NCBI RefSeq assembly: GCF_006345805.1
Contig: NC_043022.1
Coordinates: 14,136,001 to 14,200,000 of the forward strand
DNA: 64,000 nucleotides
Source of the DNA: Octopus sinensis
Taxonomy: Eukaryota
Direction of reading: 5' to 3'
The notes beneath the pieces are model-generated. The model saw nothing but the letters and a program-made list of their open reading frames with translations, searched no databases and was not told the DNA's origin. A program made the position numbers and the translations under genes. Within the stretch, counting starts at the first letter, position 1. Each line of letters starts with the position of its first letter. Positions 35,695 to 49,343 of this stretch are shown here, in pieces.

Positions 35695-36008
35695 AAATTA
35701 GAAAAAAACCCACCTTGTATCAATTCAAAATGAACAATTAAATTACACCATCTAAAAATTTACATATAATAGAAATATTAAAATTAAAATAACAATAAAA
35801 TATCAATGATTAAGTAAATGGCAAAAAAAATAATAAAAACGTAATAAAAACCAATTATATACGTTTTTATTATTTTTTTTTGCAATTTACTTAATCATTG
35901 ATATTTTATTGTTATTTTAATTTTAATATTTATATTATATGTAAATTTTTAGATGGTGTAATTTAATTGTTCATTTTGAATTGATAAAAGGTGTTTTTTT
36001 CCTAATTT
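35695..36008. repeat. AT-rich foldback palindrome (~148-bp arms, 16-bp spacer)
   Basis: 35695-35843 is the reverse complement of 35860-36008 with a handful of mismatches; flanked by (TA)n. Confidence 0.9.
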
Positions 36009-36044
<36 letters not shown>

Positions 36045-36553
36045 TGTGTGAAATTTGATTTAGTATTTCTAAATTGAATTTTTTTTCCCTGTAAGTTTGG
36101 ATTTATATTCCCTCAAATAATTATATATATATATGTGTGTGTATATATATATATATGTATATGGATGTATGTATATATGTATGTATAGCTCGCAAGACAG
36201 CCACGGTATTGAGAAGGGTTCTTAAGGGCATCTAAGGCAACTTGTAGCCTGATGTTAAAAACTTTTCTTTTCCAACAGTTTAATCTGCTGTGTGCATGTG
36301 AAATAATAATAATAATAATAATGATGATAATAATAATAATTACGGAGATGTACTTGCATAGCAAGTGACTTGATCTGAGATTGTGTGCTGGAACAAAAAC
36401 AATTGCAGCGTGGAAGGTGTTTATAAACCATTTAAGAAACACACAAAAACCGTTAGATATGGATTCACTTCAACGTTTAAATTTAATTTGTCAAAATATT
36501 TTCATCGCTTTCAAACCGTGACCTGTTCACTGACAAAACTCTGTGCTGCATCT

Positions 36554-36603
<50 letters not shown>

Positions 36604-36605
<2 letters not shown>

Positions 36606-37349
36606 CGACCATGAGATTGAGAATAGGAAGCCAGACATAGTGTTAATTGAGAAAGAAAGCAAACTATGCTGGATCATAGAGATAGCATGACCAGCTGACA
36701 ACAAGGTATGCGATAAGGAAGAAAGAAAAGTCGATAGATATGACAAGTTAGCTTGGGAGGTTAAGAAGTTGTGGTCGATAAAAAAGGTGGTAGTAGTACC
36801 AATAATTTTTGGAGTCCTGGGAACAGTGAGTAAAAGTCTTGAGAAGTACATGGAACAAATAGGGGCTACAATAAAGGTGGAGCACTGGCAGAAAAAAAGC
36901 ACTGCTTGGAACTCCGGATGGTGTTAAAAAAATAAGAGGTGTTACCGTAGTTCACTGGTAGCGAACTGACACCGTAGTACATCTTCAGCGTTAGAAACTG
37001 TGCAAAGACAATAATAATAATAATAATAATAATAGCATGCCCAGCTAACAACAAGGTATGCGATAAGGAGGAAAGAAAAGTCGATAGATATGACAGGTTA
37101 GCTTGGGAAGTTAAGCAGTTGTGGTACCAATAATTGTCGGAGCAGTGGGAACAGTCAGTAAAAAATCTTGAGAAGTACATGAAACATAGGGGCTGCAATA
37201 AGGGTGGAGCACTTGCAGAATACAGCACTACTTCGAACCACTCGAATACTCCGGAAGGTGCTCGAAAAATAAGGGGTGTTACCTTAGTTCACTGGTGGTG
37301 AACAGCTGACACCGTAGTACATCTCCAGCATTAGAAGCTGTGCAAAGGC

Positions 37350-37352
<3 letters not shown>
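36604..37352 (+). pseudogene. Two tandem R4/Dong 3' fragments separated by (AAT)n
   Basis: Same RLE-domain sequence and the same long+short arrangement as 30720-31510. Confidence 0.85.
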
Positions 37353-37405
<53 letters not shown>

Positions 37406-37904
37406 CCAAAGATAGACCTACCATTGTTTCTCCTGATTTAGAAATTAACAACCAGAAAGACCAAAGAGATTCAAATAGTGACAAACCTATCACTGATCAA
37501 AAAAAAAAAAGGCACAGGAGTGGCTGTGTGGTAAGTAGCTTGCTAACCAACCACATGGTTCCGGGTTCAGTCCCACTGCGTGGCATCTTGGGCAAGTGTC
37601 TTCTGCTATAGCCCCGGGCCGACCAATGCCTTGTGAGTGGATTTGGTAGACGGAAACTGAAAGAAGCCTGTCGTATATATGTATATATATATATATATGT
37701 GTGTGTGTGTTTGTCCCCCTAGCATTGCTTGACAACCGATGCTGGTGTGTTTACGTCCCAGTAACTTAGCGGTTCGGCAAAAGAGACCAATAGAATAAGT
37801 ACTGGGCTTACAAAGAATAAATCCCGGGGTCGATTTGCTCGACTAAAGGTGGTGCTCCAGCATGGCCGCAGTCAAATGACTGAAACAAGTAAAAGAGTAA
37901 AAGA

Positions 37905-39065
37905 GAGAGTATCAAACAAAAAGCAAAGAAGACTTGCATGAATAGTATTGAAGACAAGTGGAAAGTTTGTCAAAGCCTGTCCAAGCCAGATATTGATCAA
38001 AATCTAAGACACCAATTACTACAAGGGACAGGTCTGAGAGGAGAAACAGAAGGTTTTGTTATTGCAATGCCAGATCAGAGCTTACCTACCAGAAACTACC
38101 ATGCAAAAATCCTTATAGATGGACCTGACTCCTTGTGCAGAATTTTCAAAAATTCACAGAGACAATTGATCATGTTGTTTCTGACTGCCTAGTTCCCGCT
38201 GATAAGGAGTACCTTGTAAGACATGAGAAACTAGGGCAGTATATGCACTGGAATGCTTGTAAATACTACAAAATCGAGTCCCTTGATAAGTGGTACAGGC
38301 ACCATCCAGGGGAAGTAGTAAATGGCAAGGGAATTATCATCCTTTGGAACTTCCCAATACAAACTATAAAATTATCAACCATCTTACAAACAATAACGCT
38401 GAGCACCTTTTCGTACTCCACCCGTCTAACACCCATGGACATATTTACAAAGTCAGAAAACAGCACAGCTCCCATGACTTTAGGAAACATGTTTTCACGC
38501 TGAGAGTTGCTGAAGTATGGAACAGACTGCCAGCATCAGTTGTTAGGTTGTCGGAGCACTGCATCTTTCAAAACTTCCATGCTTTCTGAGATTCGCCAAC
38601 ACTACACCTAATTTCCTCCCCTCCATACACACGCAAGCATCTATCTGACTCATACATTGTTCGCTTTCCAGACATTTGTACATTACTGCATACACTTTAT
38701 ACGCACTTTCTGACAAGTTGTGGTGCACCTGAGCACTGTATACAATAATTTCATTATTATTATTTTTTTTCATTATAAACAGACAGAAAAATTGACTCCA
38801 ATCGACCAGACATTGTAATCAAGGACTATAACAGAGGAACTTGTCAGTTAATAGATATGTCCGACCCCAAGATCAAAATGTCTCAAGAAAGGAATACGAA
38901 AAGTTTTCTTATTATAAAAATCCGCAAATTGAAGTCACAGAAATGTTGAAGCTTAGTACTACGATTATACCAGTGGTAATTGGAGTGTTGGGAATGATAT
39001 TAGACGCTCCCCGATTTCAGCAGTGCATATTCAAGAAAACAATTAGCGTTAGAGACAAAATTAGC
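37905..39065 (+). pseudogene. R4/Dong-clade ORF fragment (zinc knuckle plus RLE), frameshifted and interrupted by CR1
   Basis: GETEGFVIA..DQSLPTRNY...ETIDHVVSDC...RHEKLGQYMHW...ILWNFPIQT, resuming after the CR1 insert as TDRKIDSNRPDIVIKD...IIPVVIGVLG. Confidence 0.8.
38365..38775 (+). mobile_element. CR1-clade LINE 3' end nested in the R4 fragment
   Basis: NTHGHIYKVRKQ...RKHVFTLRVAEVWNRLPASVV = CR1 ORF2 C-terminus; imperfect TSD CAATACAAAC / CATTATAAAC. Confidence 0.75.
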
Positions 39066-40399
39066 TGATGGGAGAGGGACCTAAAGTAGCAATTAGGACC
39101 CAGGATGACATTTATTTGGTAAAAAGTATGTCATCTTAGCCATCGTATCATGTCATTGTTACTTGTGCAAATTTTGTAAGTTATCTCCCTTGTCGAATTA
39201 CTCCCCCTAGTCGTTCTCAAGTTACCTCCCCTGTTTGATTGTGTTTTTTTTGTTATTTTCATTTTTAGTGGCTGTACATAGACACACAACCGACTAACTT
39301 GTTGCCATATTTGGGTATATTATTTATTTCGTCATCGTCGTCATCAACATCATCATCATCATCATTCAGCGTCCATGTTCGATGCTGCCATGAATTGGCT
39401 GGTTTGGCATGATCCGACGAATCCAAAGACTGCCTCATGCCGCAGTGTCTGTTTTGGCATGGCTCCTACAGCTGGATGTTCTTCTTAATTCTTCCAACCA
39501 TTTTACAGATTGCACTGGGTACTTTTTTTTGTGGCACCAGCACTACTGAGGTCTCCTTGCCGACAGAAAGCCTAAAACCCCTTGGATTGAGTATGGCTAC
39601 AACTAGCACTAGATTAAAAGTAAAATCCCCCTTCAGTCATGGATGGCCATGGGATTGCACCTAGAAAGTTCCCCCTGAGGCACAAGTCTGGGTAAGGTTG
39701 TTTGTGGAAGACCAGCAGTCGCCCATGCATAGCGGCTTCCCCTCTCCTTACCATCGATGTTTTAAAAAAGGGAAAGGCAAAGGGGCTGATACAGTTTGGC
39801 ACCAATGATGCCGCAACTTGTTTCTACAGCTGAGTGAACTGGAGTAACGTGAAATAAAGGGTCTTGCTCAAGATCACTACAAACAACCCGGTCTGGGAAT
39901 CGAATTCACTACCTCATGATTGTGAGTTTGATGCTCTAACGACAGAGCCATGGCTCTGGGTTAGCCATTATGCAAAATAAGTATCTGCTTAGGGCATCAA
40001 GGGAAGGAGGGGATAACGGAAATAGTAAAAGGTTTACAACACAAAAGAAATCACCTTAAACTTACTAAAGTAATATTCGAGGTGGATTATCTGATCGGAA
40101 ATATAATTTTGAAGTGTTCATGGTGTCATAGTAAGGATCTGATCAAAGACTCCACAACTGGAAAAAGAAAAAACAAAAACTAGGAGGAAACTTTTCAAAT
40201 GTTAATACTCTCTTTACTCTTTTACTTGTTTCAGTCATTTGACTGCGGCCATGCTGAAGCACCACCTTTAGTCGAGCAAATCGACCCCGGGACTTATTCT
40301 TTGTAAACCCAGTACTTATTCTATCGGTCTCTTTTGCCGAACCGCTTAGTGACAGGGACGTAAACACACAAGCATCGGTTGTCAAGCAATGCTAGGGGG

Positions 40400-40442
<43 letters not shown>

Positions 40443-41454
40443 TATGTATGACGGGCTTCTTTCAGTTTCCGTCTACCAAATCCACTCACAAGGCATTGGT
40501 TGGCCCGGGGCTATAGCAGAAGACACTTGCCCAAGATGCCATGCAGTGGGACTGAACCCGGTACCATGTGGTTGGTAAGCAAGCCACTCCTGCGCCTATA
40601 AAATGGAATTCTACAAAAATAAACATTATTGTGCATTTTAGTTTTGTTTCAGTTTGAAAAATAAAAAATTAGTTTATGGTTTATTATTGTTTATATTTTG
40701 AATTACATATATATATATCTGGAGGCACATTGGCCCAGTGGTTAGGGCAGTGAACTCGCAGTCATAGGATCATGGTTTTGATTTCCAGACCGGGTTTTCT
40801 GAGTGCTTATCGAGTAAAAACACCTAAAGATCCACGAGGCTCCAGCAGGGGGTAGTGGCGAACCCTGCTGTACTCTTCCACCATAACCTTCTCTCACTCT
40901 TTCTTCCTGTTTCTGTTATACCTGTATTTGAAAGGGTCCAGCCTTGTCACACTCTGTGTCATGCTGAACCTCCTTGAGAACTACATTAAATGTACGTGTG
41001 TCTGTGGAGTACTCAGCCACTTGCATGTTAATTTGACGAGAAGGCTGTTCCGTTGATTGGATCAACTGGAACCCTATTCATCATAACCGACAGAGTGCCA
41101 TGTTACATATATATGGGGGCACCAAAATCCTTTATGTGCTTAGGGCCTCTATGGGTCTTAATCCAGCCCTAGCTGCAACAGGGAGAGTGTTGGCTTTATG
41201 CTAGAAGATGAGGGGTTAAAATATGAAAGGAGGGGCCTGAAGGGAACACGTTTGTTGGTGTAGAAGGGGTAGAAGGTATAGAAAAGAGGGTGGAAGTCAT
41301 TAAGGGTGGATTGTGGATAGTGAGACGAAACAGTGGTGATAAGGAGTCAGGGTGGACCCTGGTGGTACAAGAACAGGGTTTGTGAGTGTGTAGAAGCTGT
41401 AAGAGTATATGGGGGAGATGTGTGGGGTGGTTAAAGGTGGGGAATTAGCTGATG

Positions 41455-41518
41455 GCAGGAGTGGTGGTGGTGGTGGTGGTGATGGTGATGGTGGTGGTGT
41501 TGATGATGGTGGTAGTGG

Positions 41519-41549
<31 letters not shown>

Positions 41550-41879
41550 GGTGATGGTGATGGTGGTGATGGTGATGGTAGTGGTGATGATGATGGTGGT
41601 GGTGGTGGTGATGATGATGGTGGTGATGGTGGTGGTGGTGATGATGATGGTGGTGATGGTGGTGGTGATGATGATGGTGGTGGTGGTGGTGATGATGATG
41701 GTGGTGATGGTGGTGGTGGTGATGGTGGTGGTATTGATGATGGTGATGGTGGTGATGGTGATGATGATTATGATGGTGATGGTGGTGATGGTGGTGTTGA
41801 TGATGATGATTATGTGAATAAAAGGAAGGAACAGGGACAAGGGATGATGAGCATACATTGTACATGTGTTCATAGAGCC

Positions 41880-41919
<40 letters not shown>

Positions 41920-41941
41920 ATAGACAGAAACATTCCTCCCC

Positions 41942-41972
<31 letters not shown>

Positions 41973-41996
41973 ACACATACACAGAAACATTCCTCC

Positions 41997-42039
<43 letters not shown>

Positions 42040-43111
42040 TCCTCACACACGCACACACACATACGCACACACACACACACAAACACTCATACACATACTC
42101 ACGCATACACACGCATACACACGCATACACAAACATTCCTCCCCCACACACACACACATATACACACTCCTCACACACGCACACACACATACGCACACAC
42201 ACACACACACAAACACTCATATACATACTCATACACATACTCACGCATACACACACATACACAGAAACATTCCTCCCCCACACACACACACATATACACA
42301 CTCCTCACACACGCGCACACACACACGCACACACTCACACACAAACCCTCTCCCTACACAATCCCCCCTTACTCTCCCTCCCCTCCCCCTACACAAGCCC
42401 CCCCCCGTTCACCCCACTCCCCTCCTTTTATACTTCTGTCCAGGCCTTCAGCAAACCAGAGACTGGGAATAGATTGAGCGTCTGGGGGATCTTTTGTGCG
42501 GCTCTGTTCTTAATTATCCAATTTGAGGGGCCAAAAATCGTTATTTCTGCAATGGCTGTCTCTGTTGATGTGTGTTTATGGGCGCAGAATGGAGATGTTT
42601 CCTACGTTTCTTATGATGTATAATCATAATATATGTGTGTGTGTGTATATATATATATGTGTGTCTATATATATATGTGTGTATGTATATATATATATAT
42701 ATGTTTCTGCTGTTCTCCACTGTGTGTGTGTGTCTATATATATATGTGTGTGTGTGTATATATAGGTGTGTGTGTGGTGTGTGTATATATATATGTTTCT
42801 GCTATTCTCCACTGTGTGTGTGTGTGTGTATATATGTATATATATATGTGTGTCTATATATACATGTGTGTGTGTAAATATATAGGTGTGTGTGTGTGTG
42901 TGTGTGTGTGATGTGTATATATATATATATATATATAATATATATGTTTCTGCTGTTCTCCACTGTGTGTGTGTGTCTGTATATATGTATATATATATGT
43001 GTGTCTATATATACATGTGTGTGTGTATATATATAGGTGTGTGTGTGGTGTGTGTATATATATATACGTTTCTGCTGTTCTCCACTGTGTGTGTGTGTAT
43101 GTATATATAGA

Positions 43112-43144
<33 letters not shown>

Positions 43145-43188
43145 GTTTCTGCTGTTCTCCACTAGGTGTGTGTGTATATGTATATATA

Positions 43189-43220
<32 letters not shown>

Positions 43221-43484
43221 TATATATATACACATATATATAGACGCACGTATATGTGTGTCTATGATTGTTGATATGCGGATACGTTGGCTGTGATCCT
43301 GCCTCTTCCTTTTAAAATTTCTGGCCGAATGCCAACTTGGAGAAGAATTAATATTGTTAATATTGTTTAAGAATGGGGGGAGGGGGAAAGAAGCAGAAGA
43401 ATCAACATCACCACAATCACCATCACCATCATCACCATCACCATCATCACCACCACCACCACCACCACCATCATCATCATCACT

Positions 43485-43516
<32 letters not shown>

Positions 43517-43920
43517 CATCACCACCATCACCACCACCATCACCACCACCACCACAACCAGTGCCACCATGACCATGACCCGTACAGCTATCGTTGTCAT
43601 TATCATCATCATCATCATCATCATCATCACCATCATCATCACCATTATCATCACCATCATCACCATCATCATCATCATCACCATCATCACCATCATCACC
43701 ATCACCACTACCACCACAGCCAGTGCCACCATGACCATGACCCGTACAGCTATCGTTGTCATTATCATAATCATCATCATCACCACCACCACTGTCATCA
43801 TCGTCATCATCACCACTGCCACTACCACCAATGACGATGATGGTGATGATAATGATGATGATGCTGATAACAACGATGATGATGATGATGATGGTGATAA
43901 TAATGATTATGACGATGATG
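41455..43920. repeat. Microsatellite block: (GGT/GAT)n, (CA)n, short unique core, (TG/TA)n minisatellite, (CAC/CAT)n
   Basis: Direct reading; anchor GTTTCTGCTGTTCTCCACT recurs at 42703, 42795, 42946, 43068 and 43145. Confidence 0.95.
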
Positions 43921-44138
43921 GTGTGTGTGTGTGTGTCTCCCACCAATTGATATTGGTGTGTTTGTGTCCCTGTGACTTAGCAGTTCAGCAAAAGAGACTG
44001 ATAGAATAAATACTAAGCTGACAAAAAAGAAGTACTAGGGGCTGATTTCTTCATCTAAAAATCTTTTAAAGCAGTGCTCCAGCAGGGCCACAATCAAATG
44101 ACTGAAACAAGGAAAAGAATAAAAGAATATGCATACAC

Positions 44139-44171
<33 letters not shown>

Positions 44172-44195
44172 TACACACACACACACAAGCACACA

Positions 44196-44235
<40 letters not shown>

Positions 44236-45178
44236 ACACACACACACACACACAACGCGGCAAGCTGGTAGAAACGTCAACTTTGCCTTTCATCCTTTCG
44301 GGGTCGATTAAAAAAGTACCAGTCATGCACTGGGGTCGATGTAATCGACTTAATCCCTTTGTTTGTCCTCTCTATGTTTAGCCCCCTGTGGGCAATAAGG
44401 AAATATATACACGCATACATACATACATACATACACACGTGCAAACACACATGTAGACACATACACACTCACACACACACTCAGACATACACACATTCAC
44501 ACAAACACACACATACACAACCACAGACACACACACAGATTAACACACACTCGCACATCTACTCACACATTCCCACACATACACTCATATTCATACACAC
44601 TCACACAGATACACACACACATTAACACACGCATTCACACACACACACACTCACACATATGCACACGCACGCAAGCTTAGGTATAACCCTCAAGCAAGTA
44701 TGACTGTTATACATTTTTGCTAATTGCTGTAATACTTCACTAAGTACCCCATTGCAGGTAGACCCCCCACTCCACCCTTGTTCCAGCTGAGAGTTAGGGG
44801 CTCCCCCAACAGACAACTGGTACTCATTTTCACTAGAGTTGACCCGAGCAATGTTAGAAGATGACCCTTGGTCAAAAACACACTGCACTGCCAGCTCTAA
44901 GGATTGAACCCTACACTCGGGAGCCCAACACCCTAGTTTTTAGGCTACGGGCATGTATGTGTGTATGTATGTATGTATGTGTGTATGTATGTATGTGTGT
45001 GTATGTATGTATGTGTGTATGTATGTATGTATGTGTGTGTGTATGTATGTATGTATATGTGTGTGTATGTATGTATACATAGGAATTGTGTACACATGAA
45101 GGAGAATTATATACATATATACATATATATATACAAACACACAAACACTCTCATATACATATACGTATATATATATAT

Positions 45179-45244
<66 letters not shown>

Positions 45245-45305
45245 GTACATAGATATATATACTTTTAAACATACATGTATATATGTATACACATGTGTGT
45301 GCATG

Positions 45306-45375
<70 letters not shown>

Positions 45376-45454
45376 TTTACATATACAAATACACTAAGAT
45401 ATGTCTGTAGATACATATCTACTTACATAGATATGCACACACACACACATATCT

Positions 45455-45522
<68 letters not shown>

Positions 45523-47080
45523 ACATACAAGAAAATAGATTTTATTTTGCAGCAGGAATCTTGCCAACCAGACACAAAGTCCTATTAATCAACAGAATAT
45601 AACAATATTCCAGTTGTCAATATCTCAGTTCCTGTAATCCCTTTATATTCTGCAGACTCTCGCCAGAACACCATTCCATTACGCCTGCCTTCTTTTCTCA
45701 TAATTTCATAAAATGCTTGTTTGCTTTGGATGAAGTCCAAAGCAAACAACCACCCCCTCCGCCCCACCCTGCTTCACATTTGCCCCCTTCGTTCCCCCTC
45801 CTCTATTCTCCACCCCCGCAACCCTCGCCCACCGCCCTGCTGATGGAACCTGACTCATTGAAACTCTTCAATAGCTCACCCACCGTTTTGCTGCTTCTTG
45901 TAAACCCGTTGCATTGATCCGGTCAGTACTGAAGGAAGCCAGGATTCGGGTTTGGCAACAAGTTCTTCTGCTTAATGACCGGAAACCCAGAGATACCATT
46001 CATCACCAAGAAACAACGGAAGGTCTTTGGTATGGTGTCTCATTGCTGTCAAGAAACATGGTGTGCATCTAAAGAATCCTCCAAGAGTTGGGAATGTGGA
46101 TAAATGCAGAAGAGGGATCAAACCAATCTGGAAAGACCATGGCTTGAATTTACCAACATGCCACCCTCCTGGAGATTTCCTGGCCCCTCTTAGTCTATTG
46201 GAGTCATAATATCCCTGGTTGAAGACTTTGAGAAGAGGGTTAGCAGGTTCTTGTAGAAGTGACTGAGGTTACCCCAGAACCTGAGTAAAGGGTAAAGACC
46301 CCTTCAGTCATTAGTGATCATGGGTTCGCTCCCCTCTGAGGCACAAATCTGAGCAAGGTTATTTATGGAAGACCGACAGTCACCCATGCATACCAGTTTC
46401 CCCTCTTCATGCCACCGATGTTATCCAAGGGAAAGGCAAAGGCCGATACAGCTTGGCACCAGTGATGCCACAAACCATTTCCACAGCTGAGTGAACATCA
46501 GCGATGTGAAATAAAGTGTCTTGCTCAAGATCACAACACACAACCCAGTCTAGGAATTGAACTCATTTACCTCAAGCTTGTGATACCTATGCTCTAACAA
46601 CTGAGCCATGCACCTTAATTGAGAGCCTGAGTAACATTGCTCTACATGGGCAGAACTTGAGGACGGTTCCTATCAGCAGCCTGAAAAAAGAATTTATGGT
46701 GACCTGCACTGGGACAGGTGCTACAATACCAAGAGTTAGGGTGACAAGCTGGTAGAATTGTTAGCATGCCGGGTGAAATGATCAGTGGTATTTTGCCAGT
46801 TGCTACATTCTGAGTTCAAATTCTGCTGAGGTCGACTTTACCTTTCATCCTTTGAGGGTCGATATATTAAGTACTAGTTGAGTACTTGTGGCAGACAAAG
46901 TAGGAGTGGCTGTGTGGTAAGTAGCTTGTTTACCAACCATATGGTTCTGGGTTCAGTCCCACTGCGTGGCACCTTGGGGAAGTGTCTTCTACTATAGCCT
47001 CGGGCCGACCAAAGCCTTGTGAGTGGATTTTGTAGATGGAAACTGAAAGAAGCCCGTCATATATATGTATATATATATAT

Positions 47081-47283
47081 ACCAGAGTAAACACATAAAT
47101 GTGAAACAAGGTGGAAAAAAGAGTACTCAAATACCAGTGGTAGAGTAATATGCTTTATATAAAGCAGCAGAAAATTCAACAAAACCTGTTACTCTGAGTT
47201 TCACGTTCCCGTTTGTCGGACAGTTTTGCTAGAACTCAGAGTAACAGGTTTTGTTGAATTTTCTGCTGCTTTAAATAAAGCAT
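47081..47283 (-). mobile_element. Family HH-B mini element (second copy), inserted in the (TA)n tract of a SINE
   Basis: Reverse complement of 28597-28795 with the same inverted arms (47152-47199 / 47234-47282); motif at 47186-47223. Confidence 0.6.
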
Positions 47284-47387
47284 GTATATATATATATATA
47301 TGTATGTGTGTGTCTGTGTTTGTCCCCCCGACATCGCTTGACAACTGATGCTGGTGTGTTTACGTCCCCCGTAACTTAGCAGTTCGG

Positions 47388-47625
47388 CAATTCTCATTAT
47401 GTTTACATTCGTTCAGGAGGTTGACGGTCGCTCTGGATGAGGTCGGTCTTCAAGTGACAAGTGGCCATTCCTAAAGCATGGAAACCACTCGTAAACCTAT
47501 GTTTTGTTCATGGCAGCGGTCTTGTGAGCTAGTTGAAGCATGACAACTGCTTCAGCCACAATTTGCCCCAAGAGGAAACAGAATTTCATGGAAGCACACT
47601 GTCCCTTCCTATCCTTTCAGCCATT
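47388..47625 (-). pseudogene. Mariner (Mos1-like) transposase N-terminal HTH fragment
   Basis: MKFCFLLGQIVAEAVVMLQLAHKTAAMNKT*VYEWFPCFRNGHLSLEDRPHPERPSTS matches the mariner motif KFC...VFEWF..FK.G..SLED.PRSGRPSTS. Confidence 0.75.
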
Positions 47626-48527
47626 GCAAAAAATCGATGAACAGAAGTGGCTGTGTGGTAAGTAGCTTGTTTACCAACCACATGGTTCCGGGTTCAGTCC
47701 TACTATGTGGCACCTTGGGCAAGTGTCTTCTACTATAGCCTCGGGCCGACCAATTCCTTGTGAGTGGATTTGGTAGGTGGAAACTGAAAGAAGCCCGTCG
47801 TATATACATATAGGCATAGGAGTGGCTGTGTGGTAAGTAGCTTGTTTACCAACCACATGGTTCCAGGTTCAGTCCCACTGCGTGGCACCTTGGGCAAGTG
47901 TCTTCTACTATAGCCTCGGGCCGACCAAAGCCTTGTGAGTGGATTTGGTAGACGGAAACTGAAAGAAGCCCGTCGTATATATGTATATATATATGTATGT
48001 GTGTGTATGTCTGTGTGTCTGTGTTTGTCCCACTAGCATTGCTTGACAACCGATGCTGGTGTGTTTATGTCCCCGTTACTTAGCGGTTCGGCAAAAGAGA
48101 CCGATAGAATAAGTACTGGGCTTACAAAAGAATAAGTTCTGGGGGTCGAGTTGCTCGATTAAAGGCGGTGCTCCAGCATGGCCACAGTCAAATGACTGAA
48201 ACAAGTAAAAGAGTAAAAGAGTAGGGGAGAAACACTGCAAAGCAAAGAGACGCCATGTGGCAGTATGACAACCACTCGAAGATGCCGGTTGGCAGGCTGA
48301 TGCCTGAAGGTTGCATCAAGTGACCTGAACTACAATGGGCTTATCCCACAGATAACGCTTCCAGTTACTTTTGGGTACCCCCTCGTATGTACATGTGGGT
48401 GTGTCTGATCAGTGGTTGTCTGTCTGTTCTGTGTATATGTACATTAATGCATGTACATCTATGTGTGCGTGTGTGTGTGAGAGAGAGTATCTGTGTGTGT
48501 GTGTGCGTGTGAGAGAGAGAGAGTATC

Positions 48528-48559
<32 letters not shown>

Positions 48560-49300
48560 TATCTGTGTGTGTGTGTGTGTATGTGTGAGTATCTATGTTT
48601 GTGTGTGTCTGCATATATGCGTGCATGAATGTGTGGCTGAACATATGTGTCCTTGGGTGGGTGTGTGTATGTACATGTGTTGTGTACAAGTGTGTGTCTA
48701 TACAAGCATGTACATATGTGTCCATATGTCTGTGTGTATGTGTATGTATAAATCTGTGTGTATGTGTGTGTACATTAGTGTATCTGTATGTAAGTAAGCA
48801 TTTATGTGCGTATATTCGTGTCTATCTGTGTGTGTGTGTGTGTGTATATGTGTCTATCTGTGTGTGTGTGTATGTGTGTGTATATGTGTCTATCTGTGTC
48901 TCCATATCTGTGTATGTGTGAGTGTGTGTGTGTGAGTGTATGTGTGTGTATATGTGTCTATCTGCGTGTCCTTATCTGTGTGTGTGTATATGTGTTAGCC
49001 CATAGTTATGTTTATGCATAAATGTGTCTACCTTTCTGCGTGTTCCTATATCTGTGTGTGTGTGTATGTGCATGTGTGTGTGTGTGTGAATGTGTGTGTG
49101 TCTGTGTGTCCATATCTCTGTGTCTGTATGAATGTGTATGTATGTGTTAGCCCATATTTATGTGTGTGTATAAATGTGTCTATCCTTGTGCGTATTCCTA
49201 TATCTGTGTGTGTGTATGTATATATATGTTTGCCCACATCTGTGTGCATGTATATGTGTATCTGTCTTTGAGTGTGTATCCATATCTATGTGTGTGTGTG

Positions 49301-49343
<43 letters not shown>

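Noticed and set aside
41409-42623. 404-aa Gly/Asp/His/Thr-rich ORF, and the similar 313-aa ORF at 43005-43946
   Set aside because: Open only because GGT/GAT and CA microsatellites lack stops; overlapping frames on both strands are equally open.
42430-42623. Unique core between microsatellites as a coding exon
   Set aside because: Open in mirror frames on both strands, with no recognisable motif and no convincing donor; cannot be supported without RNA data.
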